In this document: positions 26,046-38,899 of the stretch, piece after piece
How positions within the stretch are numbered: position 1 is the stretch's first letter
How the letters are laid out: the number at the start of each line of letters is the position of its first letter
Origin: Lama glama
Taxonomy: Eukaryota
Length of the DNA stretch: 64,000 bases
Assembly: GCA_028534125.1 (NCBI GenBank)
Contig: CM052832.1
Coordinates: 7,380,001 to 7,444,000, forward strand
Direction of reading: 5' to 3'
The notes under the pieces: generated by a model
What the model saw: the letters and a program-made list of their open reading frames with translations, nothing else
The model's database searches: none
What the model was told of the DNA's origin: nothing
Position numbers and translations under genes: made by a program

Positions 26046-28913
26046 TTTTTTTCCCCTAAATTGAAAATCTCTCCTCTTTGGAGCAAATACTACTTTGTGG
26101 TAAACATTCAGAAACAACAGCGATAACTGGTACACATTTGATAATTGACAGTTTGTCTCATTAGAAATAGCTTACCCACATGTGATGAAGAGAGACTGAC
26201 TCAGAGTCACTGCAGATAAAGCTCTTGATTATTGATTTATACTGTGCTTAAAATCAAATGGAAACCACAGGGTTTTTTTGATTTTTCAAAGACCCTCAAA
26301 ACTTCGTTCTTTGGGGGGATATGGTAGTATTTGCTATGTTGAAATAAGTAATGAGTTTAGGTCTGCTGTATAAATGATGTATTATAATGCCACGGAAATG
26401 AAATACAGCTTTGAACTTGAAAACAATTTCAGAAAGTAGTTATCTTGCTTCCCCAGTACCTTGTATTTAATAAATTTGTCAACATTAATCGAGCTTTTTA
26501 TATTGTATATTGTTATATAACACTATAATGTTTTAAATGCTGCATATATCTTCATTGTTATCTTTTGAATTATTTTTTTATTTTCTGAAATAATGATCGT
26601 ATTTTAATATAGCAGTTTTATCAATATCAATCTTGTACCCATTTCTAGTTTTTGATTATTTTAAACTTCTATTTGCTGCTGTTCTATTTTTCATTTAATT
26701 GAAAACAGTAGAAGCAAAATAGGTTTGATGTAGGAATTTTATAAATTATAGAAATCCTATTTTGGCTTAAAATATTCCCACTGATTATGAGGTTTTAGCA
26801 AGGAATTTTCTCAATTTATTATTTCAACTTGGTATGTGACAGTTTTTTTGACAGTTATGTTTGGATTTGATATATAGCTGTTGAAGCTTATATAACATTT
26901 ATTGGGCCTTGTATTGGTTTGAAAAATTTTATATTAGTAAAATATATATAGTTTTATTAATATTTTAAATTATGATAGTTATGAGAGATTTAATTCTACT
27001 TCCTTATTTTAATGGGGTATATATCCATGCACACAGCTGCACACATGTGTGGCTGTATGTGCGTACAAGGTATTATTTTTTGGTACTTTTTATAATGAGA
27101 ATTTTTTCCTCTGTTTCTTTAAATTATGCAAAAACCCAAAGCACTATCATATCCATGATTGTTTGAACGACTTCATTTGGTTAGTATTGCAGCTCTCTAT
27201 CTAAATGTGAGATTATGTGAAAGTTGGGTGCCAAAGAGAAAGTGCTTAATTTTTCTATCTCCCTTCCTCTCCCGTTCTCTGTCTCCTTCCACAACCCCCC
27301 ACCGCCCCCACCGCCTTCTCCCTCCTTTCTTCCCTCTGTCCTACAGGCTTTTTTGGTTTCTCTTTCTCTTGTTTTGACATTTCTATAAAATCTCAGAGTA
27401 GATTCTGAAGGGTCTAGTAGAGGACATTGGCATGAATCTTCACTAATGAACACCTGGCAAGTTTGAAACTTCTAACATTCAAGACAAATCATTGTTATAT
27501 CTTGATATAGTACATCCCATTTGTTAGATGGTATTGGCATCTGATTAGAGATTTTCCTTTAACAGTTTTTAATTCTTTCCCCTGTGTTAATTTACTTTAA
27601 CACGTTGATTCACATGACTTTACCACTTTAATTATGAGGATTACTTTTCTTCCCCCTCTGTTTTTGAAGTACACAGTGACCCATGTTTATTTAATGTAAC
27701 TGTATAAATAATTCATGTTTCTTATAATTATTAGAACAATTTGTCTTCTATTGCTGTCATTTTTCTAAGAAGAAAAAAAGGCGAGAACTTGCAGAAAATA
27801 TGGGAAACATGCTCATGTGACAGCTGAGGATGTGGCTAGGGTAAAGCAGGAAACTACTACCCACAATGCAATGTTACATATACTACCACTTAATAAAATT
27901 TATATCAAACATGCTACTGACAAAACCAAAGAAAAATAATATCCCAACTATACTAGTTAATGTGCTAAATATATCTAGGGAAAAGTGAAACTAATCTTTT
28001 TGGAACCTTTGTACTTAGAGAATATAGTACATGAAACGGTGGGGCATCATAGTACATTGGAGCCTTTGTGCTGTGGGACTCGCTTGGAGGGGAAACTCTT
28101 GTAATGAGAACTTTTTGGATATTCACTTTCCTGGAAAAGGCACCCTTTTTCTTTTTCAGTTGAATTGTTGCAGTGTTAAATAGGGTTCGAGGACATTGTC
28201 ATCTAGTTGGAAAAATAAGTTAAATGATGATACAGTTACCACTGTTTTTTAAACTTTTTGCCCAGCCAGGTATATTTCCTTACATTCTGTTTAAAGTTGT
28301 TTTTTATTGCCAGGTTTCAGATGGGACTTGAATTGTTCACTGAGGCATTTTTCTTTTCAAAGGAATTGTTTTTCTTGTTCTTTTTGTTTATCTTAACCTA
28401 GTTGTAGCTTACCTGTTCTGTCTGCTTTACTGTAGGGAGGTTAGTCTAAAGCAAAATGTAAACCTCTTTTATAATGTGGGTGAAAAAGATGAGGAGCTCT
28501 TCTTAAAACAAATAAACAGGTTTTAATATATTTGGGGGTTTCTCTTTATAAATCTCAATCTTCTGTGCTCTTAACTGTCAGAGTTTAGTAATTTTGATGA
28601 ATTTAGTACCTTAGTAACTTAGATGAATTTTGAGGTTTTATACAGTAGGTTTTTTAAAGATTTAAGTAAGGTAACATAATAGTTTTTGAATTGATAAAGA
28701 ATGTATAGAAATTGTATTAGATAAAGAATAGGAAAGACCATTAAGTTATGGTACTTTTGAAGAATTTCTTCTTAGTATTCTGGTATATAAATTGTCACTG
28801 TTTCAGACCTGCCACAGTATTTGTCATCTTCTCATTGAAACATTAATATAGTGTCTGTCTGTATCTCTATTAAGGATGATTTGCTTAATTGTTTGAAGTA
28901 TTTTCTCCTTTAG

Positions 28914-29053
28914 AGGCTTATCAATAACAGCTGTAGCACTGTGGCTTTTCTCCATGGACTCATGGTGGTCTTTGGAACAACGTTTTTCAGCTTTGACAGG
29001 TGAGACAGAGGCTCTCCAGTGCCACTGCATTTGGATGAATCTAGCTGTGGTTG
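28914..29053 (+). other. SUPT3H: Probable orthologue of a SUPT3H alternative exon (MVVFGT... N-terminal variant); reading frame disrupted relative to human as recalled
   Basis: Acceptor TTTTCTCCTTTAG (to 28913). ATG 28962 gives MVVFGTT, and a shifted frame continues QL*QVRQRLSSATAFG*, resembling my recollection of human SUPT3H isoform 2 (MVVFGTMLFQLRLVRQMLSSATAFG...). Needs confirming by alignment. Confidence 0.5.
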
Positions 29054-31154
29054 GAGAAAGTGCATCTTGCCAAAATATATGGGTGAGACCACACACAGCC
29101 TTTAAAATAGTTATTGTAGGCTTATTTCTAGGGATACATGTCTTGACAGTTCTTTTATTTGCATGCCAATTTCATTGCTGTGTATAGATTTTTCATTGGT
29201 TTCTGTAAAGGCGATTGCATATTTAGGTCTCTATTTGTTAAGCTTTGTGTGTAATTTACACTGGAAAATACTCCTGAGTTCAGCTATAATTAACAATACA
29301 GAAAATATATTGGCTATGAGTCACTGGAGTACTGATCTTTTTGTTTTCATAAATTGGACAATATTCTCATTGGAAATCTCAATTTCTCAGACAGTTTAGG
29401 AGTCAGAAATTGATCCAATTTGAACTTTAAGATTAAGTGAATTAGAAAAGAATTTTAAAATATTCGTATATTTTAGTTATATTAATAGTAAAAAATTTAT
29501 GATTCGTATTATTCAGAAGTACATTATTTTTATAATATTGATATAATAAAGCATTGTTCAAAATGTAAGTTTTACACTTTAGTAAAAGTTTGAAACCTTC
29601 AAAACAGATTGCTAAAGAAGTCAGTTTCTTAGTGCATAGGCATAATACGCAAGCTATCCACTCTTTTTATGAGATGATTAAAACTTTATTCAGCTTAGTG
29701 AAGTGTAAAAATTGACTACATTTTTTTAAAAAAGTATGTTTTGTCTTCTAAAACTGGCTTTTTCAGTGACCAGTAAAGAGCACTCTTAAGACTTTTAAAA
29801 AGGGTTTTTGTTTTTAAATAAAATGTTATAGTATTTAGTTAGTTGTTCATGATTCTTAAGTTACTCATGATAACAGTATTAAAACTTAATTTCTTAAATC
29901 CTGGCAGGTCTTAGTGACAAGACTTTTCACGTGTTGATCAGTGAATGTTGGCTAAGTATATATTTATAAAAATGTAATCAGCTGTGATAAGATTGCAGTT
30001 TCATTCTAGATATTTTCATAAGGAAAACAGAATCTCCCGAGAGAACTGGAAATTCAGTTTCCTCCCCACTATTATCCCAGTACCTTTCCATTGCTGAATG
30101 GTTCTGGCTGGAAAGTGCTGGGAAAGTGTGTTCCCACAGCTTTTCCAGAGAACCAGTTTATGGAAAGAAGAGAGAAGATAGTATGCACGAAAAGACTATT
30201 TAAAGAAAAATTTGGTCTTTGTCTCAGAAATTGGCCATGTATGTGAACCTTGATTGGATGCTAGATTTTAAAAAAGCTTCATAAGTCATTTTTAGGATAT
30301 TTGAGAAAATTCGAATATGGATTGGATATTAATGATTCTGTGGAATATTTATTAAATGCGATAAAGCTATTGTACATAGATAGGAAAATACTCTTACTCT
30401 TAAGAGAGTGCATGACGAGTTATTTTCATGAAGTCAGTACCATACTTAAACATATATGTACATAAGACAGATGTGGCAAAATGTGGACAACCGATGAGTC
30501 CTGGTGAAGGAACTTTTTTTTTTTTTTTTTTTTTTTTACTATTGGGCATTTATTTTACTATTTTTCACTTTAAACAGTAACTTCTGAAAAGTGAATCATT
30601 TTGTAAATTGTGTATGGGGGTTTGATTTCAAATTGAAATGAGATAGTTGGGGAAAATTCATTTACTTGTATAAATAGCTTTAAAATGTGTAAATACGAAT
30701 AGCCTTGGCTGTTCACAGCAATTCTAGATTTTAGCTTATAGTTTTATTTTTTGCATTGAATTCTATTCATGATAAAACAGCTAATTTTCACAAATTTATA
30801 CATGGCAAATATAAATTGGAAATGGTAAAATATTTTTGAAAATGCCAATCTGAAAAATTTTCACATTCGAATGATAGTAACTCAAGTCTAGACCAATAAG
30901 CTAGAGGTTTTTAGAACATCAAAACAGGCATCTTATTTTATGTCATTTGTTTATTTTTAATTAGGTGCTTCTAAAATACATAAAAATGCCTTTAAAAGCT
31001 CATTCACATTAAATAAATACTACTGAATTGTACTTCTCCTAAGTTGTTTATACTATTAGATTGTATGCTTTGAAGAAGTATTTTAATGAGCAGAAACCTG
31101 TATCTCTATATGTAAATTAGAATTTATGTTGTTAGCTCTCACCCTACCAAAGAT

Positions 31155-31358
31155 CTATACATTTTTTTTCTGTAGAGCGCTCGATAGTAAATATTTTTGG
31201 AGCCATAAGGTCCCCGTCTACTCCTCAGCTCTGCCACTGTAGTCTGAAAGAGAGGCAGTTAATGTATTAGACAATAACTAAATGAATGGGCATGGCTGTG
31301 TTTCAGTAAAACTGTATATTCACTCACAGGCAGTTGGCCTGCCGTTCTGCTGCCTCTG
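31155..31358. mobile_element. MER58A-like hAT-Charlie relic
   Basis: TTTTCTGTAGAG...GATAGTAAATATTTT...CTCAGCTCTGCCACTGTAG...AAATGAATGGGCATGGCTGTGTTTCAGTAAAACT. Confidence 0.8.
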
Positions 31359-31523
31359 TACTGTTATATAGAGAGATTTGTGGCCTTAGTGGAGAGCCTC
31401 TTTAGTAGACCAGGCAAGATTAGTTTGAAATAATGATCCAAATTTTTAATTTACTTATTATAATGGAAGTTTTTCTTAAAGTATGTACAAAATCTGGGGG
31501 TTCTTTGGGTTTTTTAAAGTACA

Positions 31524-31855
31524 TTTTTATTGAAGTACCGTTTACAATGTTGTGTCAATTTCTGGTGCACAGCGCAATACTTCAGTCACATGGGTACATA
31601 CGTACATTCGTTCTCATGTTCTTTTTGACCATAGGTTACTGCAAGATATTGAATATGGTTCCCTGTACTATACAGTATAAACTTGTTGTTTATCGGATTT
31701 TGTGAGAATCCTCTTGTATTTCAAAATGAGAGACACTCTATAGAGTTCAGTAGGTGTTCTGTGCGATTCAGTGGGTTTGTAGATGTGATTCTTGGTGTAT
31801 TTGTGGGAGAGGGTGAGCTGTAGTCTCGCTACTCTGCCATATTGGTTCCGCCCCC
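31524..31855 (-). mobile_element. Short bipartite L1-derived element (L1 5' end fused to L1 3' end)
   Basis: The minus strand starts GGGGGCGGAACCAATATGGCAGAGTAG (L1 5'-terminal, YY1-like). It ends in an L1 3' UTR with AATAAA, similar to 36490-36665. Confidence 0.7.
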
Positions 31856-33337
31856 GTTTTTTTTTGTTTTTGTCTTTAGTTCATTGTTGTATGAAAGATC
31901 ATATCTGTCAGATTTCATGACTGTCTTTTGAATTGAATAGTGTAAGTTCATCTTGATAACATAATTGTTACATACTGTGAATAATTTTATAAGGCATCCT
32001 AAAATTCTTTTAGGAATAAGGCTGGAATCCAAATAAATAATCTTGATTATAATGCGTCCCCCAATTATCATAAATCTCAGTATTTATCTTGGTTGTTCAT
32101 TATTACTAATAAGAAGTATGGTAAGGTTCTTATACTTTTTGTCAACAGAAATTTTTTCTTTTACAGATTTCACTGAATTTAATGCCCAAGCATAAAATAT
32201 TTAACAGAAATCTTATTAGTGATTATGGTGAGCTATTTCCCCTCTTTTTTCATTTATATTTGAATTTAAATCTGAGTAGAGAAAGAAATTAATTATTTTT
32301 GCATTTAATCTCCAAAAAATTTATCGTATCTATCACTGTTCATGATATCCAAAGTAAACTAGCTTTCTGAGGATTCACCTACATTAGCTAGAGTGACTAT
32401 TATTTATTGGGTGATGATGATGGTTACAACAACTGAGCAGGAGAAGTAACCATTACTATTTTTTATTGGTAAAGTGCAGATGAACCCATATTTTGATCTA
32501 AATTTGAGACCTTTAGTGTATTAATACTTAAGATTTTAAATAAATGAGCTATATATAAGTGAGATGGCGAAAGTTGACAATTCATAAACACCTTATTTTA
32601 TCCATGATTATTTTAAGCAATTCCAGTTATTGCACAAATAGCGAAGGATCAGTTGAAAAAGTATTACTGTATAAATCTCATATAATTTCATCATAAAGGA
32701 GCAGTTGTCCTCCCTTCTTTCTCCCCTGCAAGCTCTGGCCATTGCCTGCTTGCCCTCATTTCTGATGAAGTTCTAACATGATTGTTTTTACACCACTCCC
32801 CTTTCCCCAACATTTAATTTTAAAACAGACACACAGGTCATTGTAATTAATGAGAATAGCCTCTCTGTGAAGGAAACACACAAAGATACTGATGAATAAA
32901 ATCTCAAAAACCATCCTCCAGGGTCATTTAATATGGAGTCAGACTGCCCTATCTACCTTAAAAGGTATCACTGTTGTAGCAGTTTAACAAACAAGAGGAA
33001 CATTTAATTAAACATATGTTGTTTAAAAAGATGAGGAAATATTTAATATTTATGCATTTGAAGATTAAAACCTGGCCTAAAAATTAACGGTTACATACAG
33101 ATTTAGTCATTATAGTTTGCTTTCTCTTTGTACTGTTGTAAATCTCTAGGATTCTCGTCATTATAGCTATCTATTTTTTAAAAAATTAAGAATCCTGAAG
33201 TTTTCGTGTTTCTGAAAGAGCTTATGGTTTATTCATATAATTGATATATATGGCAGCATTGTTGGATAGTTATTTACTGCATGAAATCTTTCAAAAGCTT
33301 AATACTGGAAATGTCAAAATGAACCATTCAAAGCTTA

Positions 33338-36300
33338 ATAGGTTTTATTTTTTGGAGCTATTTTAATTTTACAGAAATTTGAGAACGAAGTACAGAGTTT
33401 CTATATCCTTCCCCCAGCCCTCAGTTTCCCGTATTGTTAACATCTTGCATTGGGACCCTATGTTTGCTACAGTTGATGAACCAATATTGATATGTTATCT
33501 CCTAAACTGAAGTCAGTAGTTTATATTAGGGGGTCATTCTTTATGTTGTGCAATTCTGTATAATGTTATATATCTGCTATTACATTATCATACAGGGTAT
33601 TTTTCTCTAATTTACCATAAAATTTTGGTTAAATACACATAAGAAAATTTAACATCTTAGCCATTTTGGCAACTGTTGTTTTACTCTCTATATTACTGTC
33701 ATTTTCAGAATGTCATATGTTGGAATCATAGAAAATATAACGTTTTCAGACTAAAGATTTTTCACTTAGCAGTGTTCATTTAAAAGCAGTATGTCTTTTC
33801 TGTGGCTTAAAGTTAATTTCTTTTTACTGCTGAAAAATATTCCATTGTATGGATATACCGCAGTTTATCCATTCACATATTGAGGTAAATCTTGACTGCT
33901 TTCAGTTTCTGGCAATTATGAATAAAGCTGCTAAAAATATGAATGCTGGTTTTTGTGTGGACATAAGTTTCCAGTTCATTTGGGTAAATACTTAGGAGTG
34001 CGATTTCTAAATTGTCTGCTAAGACTATGTTTAACTTTGTAAGAAACTGCCAAATTATCGTCTAAAGTGTCTGTATCGTTTTGCATTCACAGCGGTAATG
34101 AATGAGAGCTGCCCTTGCTCCACACTGTCATCAGCATTCGCTGTTCTTAGTGCTTTGGACTTTAGCTCTTTTAATAGGTGTGTAGTGGTACCTCGTCATT
34201 GTCTTAATTTGCAATTCCTTATTGGCAAATGATGTTGAGCAACTTTTAATATGCTTATTTGCCATCTATATATCTTCCTAGGGAGGTATCTGTTCAGATC
34301 TTTCTCCTTATTTTAAATTAAATTTTTTGTTATTTAAAATTGAGTTTTAAGAGTTCTTTGTATATACCACATCTTGTTGATACGTTCGTTTATTGATGAA
34401 CACTTAACTTGTTTCCACCTTTTGGCTACTGTGAATAACACTGTAATTGAACGCTGGTATACACTTCTCTGTTCAAGTTCCTATTTTCAGTTCTTTTGAG
34501 TGTGTACCTAGGAGTGAAATTGCTGGGTCATATAGTATTTCTGTGTTTAGTTTTGTGAGGAGCCACCAAACCAGACACGTGTTTTGCAAATATTTTCTCC
34601 CAAACTGTTACTTGTCTTTTCATTCTCTTGATGGTATCTTTCATACGGTGGAAGTTTTTTTATTTTAATGAAGTCCAACTTAATTTTTTCTCTCATGAAC
34701 CATACTTTTGGTGTTGTATCTACAAAGGCTTTCCAAATTAAAGGTTATCTAGATTTTCTCCTATATCTAGAAATTTTATAGTTTTAAATTTTGCATTTAG
34801 GTCTGTGAACCATTTTGAGATAATTTTTTGGAAGATGTAAGGTCAGTATCTAGGTTCATTTCTTTTACATTCGGAGGTTCAGTTATTCCAGCACCATGTG
34901 TTGGAAAGACTATTGCATGGCCTTGCTCCTTTGACAAAATCAATTGACTGTATTTCTGTGGGTCTGTTACTGGGCTTTGTTCTATCCCATTGATTTAGAT
35001 GTTTCTTCTTCTGCCAATACCATGTGCTGTCTTGATTACTTTAGCTTTATTATGCTACAGTGATACAATATATCAGTTTGTTGATATTCATAAAATAACT
35101 GGCTGGGATTTTCTTTGGGATTGCATTGAATCTGTAGATTCAGTTGGAAGAAAATGATACCATAACAGTATTGAACCTTCCTGTCAGTGAACACAGAATA
35201 TCTTTCTGTTTATTTAAATATTCTTCAGTCTCTTTTGTCAGAGTTTTGTAGTTTACCACATACTGATCTACATATTTTGTTGGATTAATATCTAAGTAAG
35301 GATTTTTAATGCCAAGGTAAATAGTATTTTTTAAAATTTAAAATTCCAATTATTGATTGCTGGTGTATAGGAAAGTAATTGTCTGTTGTTTATTTACTTG
35401 GTATTCTACAACCTTGCTATTAATTGCCCATTATTTCCAGCTTTTTGTTGATTCTTTGTGATTTTACACATAGTCATGTCTTCTGTGAATAAAGACAGAT
35501 TTATTTCTTTATTTTCAACATTTATACTGTTTGTGTGCTCTTTTTTGGCTTATTTCGTTAGCCAGAACTTTCAGTATGACATTGAATAGCAGTGGTGAAA
35601 GGGAGTATCCTTGCCTGGTTACTGAAGCATCTCGTTTCTCACCATCAAGAATGACGTAAGCTGTAGACTTTTTTTTTTTTTTGCAGGTGTTCTTTATCAA
35701 GTTGAAGAAATTCCCCTCTAATGCTAATTTGCTGAGAATTTTTATCATGAGTGGGTGTTGGAGGACTTTGTCAAATGCTTTTTCTTTATCTGTTGAAAGG
35801 AACATATGGTCTTTCTTCTTTAGCCTGTTGATGTGATGGATTATATCAGTTGATTTTCAAATAAATCCCATTTGGTTGTGGTGAATACTTATTTTTATAC
35901 ATTATTGGATTTTACTTGCTAATATTTTGTGGAGGAATTTTTGCATCTGTGTTCATGGAAGATAATGTTATGTATTTTTCCTTACTTGTAATATCTTTGT
36001 CTGCTTTTGGTATTAGAGTAATGCTGGGCTCATAAAATGAGTTAAGAAGTGTTCCCTCTGGATTAGATTGTACAATATTGCAGAGAATTTCTTCCTTATA
36101 TTTGCAACAACTTACCCATGAGGCTATCTGGGACTGATGCTGTCTGTTTAGGAAGGTTATTAATTATTGATTCAATTGTTAAAATAGATCTAGACGTATT
36201 CAGATGATCTGTTTGTCCTTGTATGAGTTTTGGTTGCCTGTGTTGTTCAAGGATTTGGTTCACTTTATCTGGGTTCAAATTTGTGGGCACAGAGTTGTTC

Positions 36301-37590
36301 ATAGTATTCCTTTATTTTCTTTTAAATGTCCATGGGATAAGTAGTAATGTTCCCTCTTTCATTTCTCATATTAGTAATTTGTATCTTTTTTCTTAAATTG
36401 GCTAAATCTTTATAAATGTCATTTTTTAAAAAGAGTCATCTTTTAAAAATGTTTTGAGTATTTTTTATTTTTTTAAATTTATAATTTTTAAAAATTGAGG
36501 TATAGACGATTTATAGTGTTGTGTTAATTTCTGGTGTACAGCATAGTAATACAGGTATATATATATATATATATATATTCCTTTTCACATTCTTTTCCAT
36601 TATAAGCTATTTACAAAGTATGAATACAGTTCCCTGTGCTATACAGTAGGACCTTGTTGGTTATCTGTTTTATATATCATAGTATCCGCAAATCCTGAAC
36701 TCCCAATTTATTATTCCTCCCACCCCCTTTCCCTCCTGGCAACCATAAGTTTGTTTTGTGTCTGTGAGTCTGTTTCTGTTTTGTGAATAAGTTCATTTGT
36801 GCCATTTTTTAGATTCCACGTACAAGTGCTATCGTATAGAATTTTTCTTTCTCTTTCTAGCTTGCTTCACTTAGTATGACGAACTCCAGGTCCATCCATG
36901 TTGCTGCAGATGGCATTATTTCATTCTTTTTAGTGGCTGAGTAGTATTCCGTTTTATATATACCACATCTTCTTTATCCAGTCATCTGTTGATGGACATT
37001 ATCTTAGTTTTTTTCTTTGATCCATGTGTTTACTGATATAGTTGGATTAATATCTATATATTTGTAACTTCTGACTCTCATTGTTCTTGTTCTTTGTTTG
37101 TTTGTATTCCACTTTTTTATACCTTTCCCAGTTGGTGTTATATTAGCATTTTATATGATTCATTTTCTTTCCTCTCTTAACATATCAGTTATACTTACTT
37201 TTTTTTAAAAAGTTTTTTTTGGGGGGGGTTATTTTTGACTTTGGAGTGTACGCTTAACTAATCGAAGTCCACTTTGAAGTAACACTATATGGCTTCATGA
37301 GTATTCCAAGTACTTTATAAAAGAGTACTCCCTCCTTTATAGTATGGCTGTCATTCACTTCACTTCTTTATAAGCTATAATTGCTGAACACTATTACTAT
37401 TACTATTTTGAACAAACTGTTGTTAGTTCAATAAAGAATAACTAAGCTTATTTTACCTTTTTTATCCTCTGTGTAATGCTATTATTTTTCTTTACATAGA
37501 TCTGTGGTTTTGACTTACTTTCTTTCTCTTTGAAGAATTTCTTTTAACATTCTTGCGAGGCAGGTTTACTGGTAATGCCAAGCTTTCGTG
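33338..37590 (-). mobile_element. Large degenerate L1 (L1MC/L1MD-like), 3' UTR through ORF2, with nested younger L1 pieces
   Basis: Antisense ORF2 remnants: ORF 35515-35805 (STDKEKAFDKV.QHPLMIK.L.KL..EGNFFNLIK...TRQGYSLSPLLFNVILKVLA, RT domain) and ORF 36096-36302 (IESIINNLPKQ...PD). L1MC-type 3' UTR at 33340-33600. Many stops and frameshifts. Confidence 0.9.
36465..37000 (-). mobile_element. Younger 5'-truncated L1 (cetartiodactyl-type 3' end) nested in the older L1
   Basis: Well-preserved TTCCCTGTGCTATACAGTAGGACCTTG...AACCATAAGTTTGTT...TAGATTCCAC...GGTCCATCCATGTTGCTGCA...GGCTGAGTAGTATTCC. Confidence 0.85.
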
Positions 37591-37613
37591 TGTGTGTGTG
37601 TGTGTGTGTGTGT

Positions 37614-38113
37614 NNNNNNNNNNNNNNNNNNNNNNNNNNNNNNNNNNNNNNNNNNNNNNNNNNNNNNNNNNNNNNNNNNNNNNNNNNNNNNNNNNNNNNN
37701 NNNNNNNNNNNNNNNNNNNNNNNNNNNNNNNNNNNNNNNNNNNNNNNNNNNNNNNNNNNNNNNNNNNNNNNNNNNNNNNNNNNNNNNNNNNNNNNNNNNN
37801 NNNNNNNNNNNNNNNNNNNNNNNNNNNNNNNNNNNNNNNNNNNNNNNNNNNNNNNNNNNNNNNNNNNNNNNNNNNNNNNNNNNNNNNNNNNNNNNNNNNN
37901 NNNNNNNNNNNNNNNNNNNNNNNNNNNNNNNNNNNNNNNNNNNNNNNNNNNNNNNNNNNNNNNNNNNNNNNNNNNNNNNNNNNNNNNNNNNNNNNNNNNN
38001 NNNNNNNNNNNNNNNNNNNNNNNNNNNNNNNNNNNNNNNNNNNNNNNNNNNNNNNNNNNNNNNNNNNNNNNNNNNNNNNNNNNNNNNNNNNNNNNNNNNN
38101 NNNNNNNNNNNNN
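37614..38113. other. Assembly gap (500 N) adjacent to a (GT)n microsatellite
   Basis: Run of exactly 500 N; (GT)13 at 37588-37613 runs into it. Confidence 0.99.
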
Positions 38114-38899
38114 GTCTCCCATGTCACAGACCAGAGACCGCTGGACTTGAGTGCCTCCCTTTCGTAGGGGCAGTTAGTCTTTGGTGTAATGCATGTTGGT
38201 TAGGCTCTGGTAAGTGGTTTCCCTTAAGAGCTAGCTTTTGTTCAGCACAACAGAGTATTTTGGGGCTTTTTCAAAACAGTTACTTTCCCCTTTTCCCTGC
38301 TAGAGTAGATTTTTTTCTGATATTCACCCGGTGGGGCTCTGGGAGGTGAAACACAGGAGTGTTTTCTCCACCTAAGAAGACGGATTGATTTTCAGTTTGT
38401 TTCACTTTTTTCTTGCCTTGAGGAAAATGTGATGCCTTCTAGCCTCTTTACATGTCAGACTGGAAACCTGAAATCAGTGTCTTTTTTTCTTTTTTAACAA
38501 CAATTTTATATATTACAGTGTCTTAAAACATGGAATTTAGAAGCTCAGTATCATTCATTTATTTGTTCATTCTATGACCATTTATTAAAAACTAATTATA
38601 TATTAGGCTCTGTGTTTTTGGTGGGACTACATGTTGAATAAGGCATATTCACAGGTCAAATGAATTTATATTGAAAGAACTATTTAGAGCACACAAATCA
38701 ACTTAATACTGTAGGCTAAGTACCACATAGAAGTATAAACATGATACTAGGTAGTGACAGAAAAGGGATTAATATGCAAACTGGAATAAAAAAGTTTGAG
38801 TTACAAGGTGAAGAAAATAGGTTTTAAGTTCCAGTTATACTTGGTATGTGATCCTGGATATGTTCCTCAGTTTCCTTGTTCTTTCCTTGTAGTAAATGG

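Noticed and set aside
25821..26135. Overlapping ORFs on both strands
   Set aside because: Produced by the compound dinucleotide microsatellite.
35515..36302. Reverse-transcriptase-like ORFs as an active or domesticated RT system
   Set aside because: Short, frameshifted remnants of a dead L1 ORF2.
37492..38349. Five ORFs of 190-250 aa
   Set aside because: Artefacts of the 500-N gap and the adjacent (GT)n.
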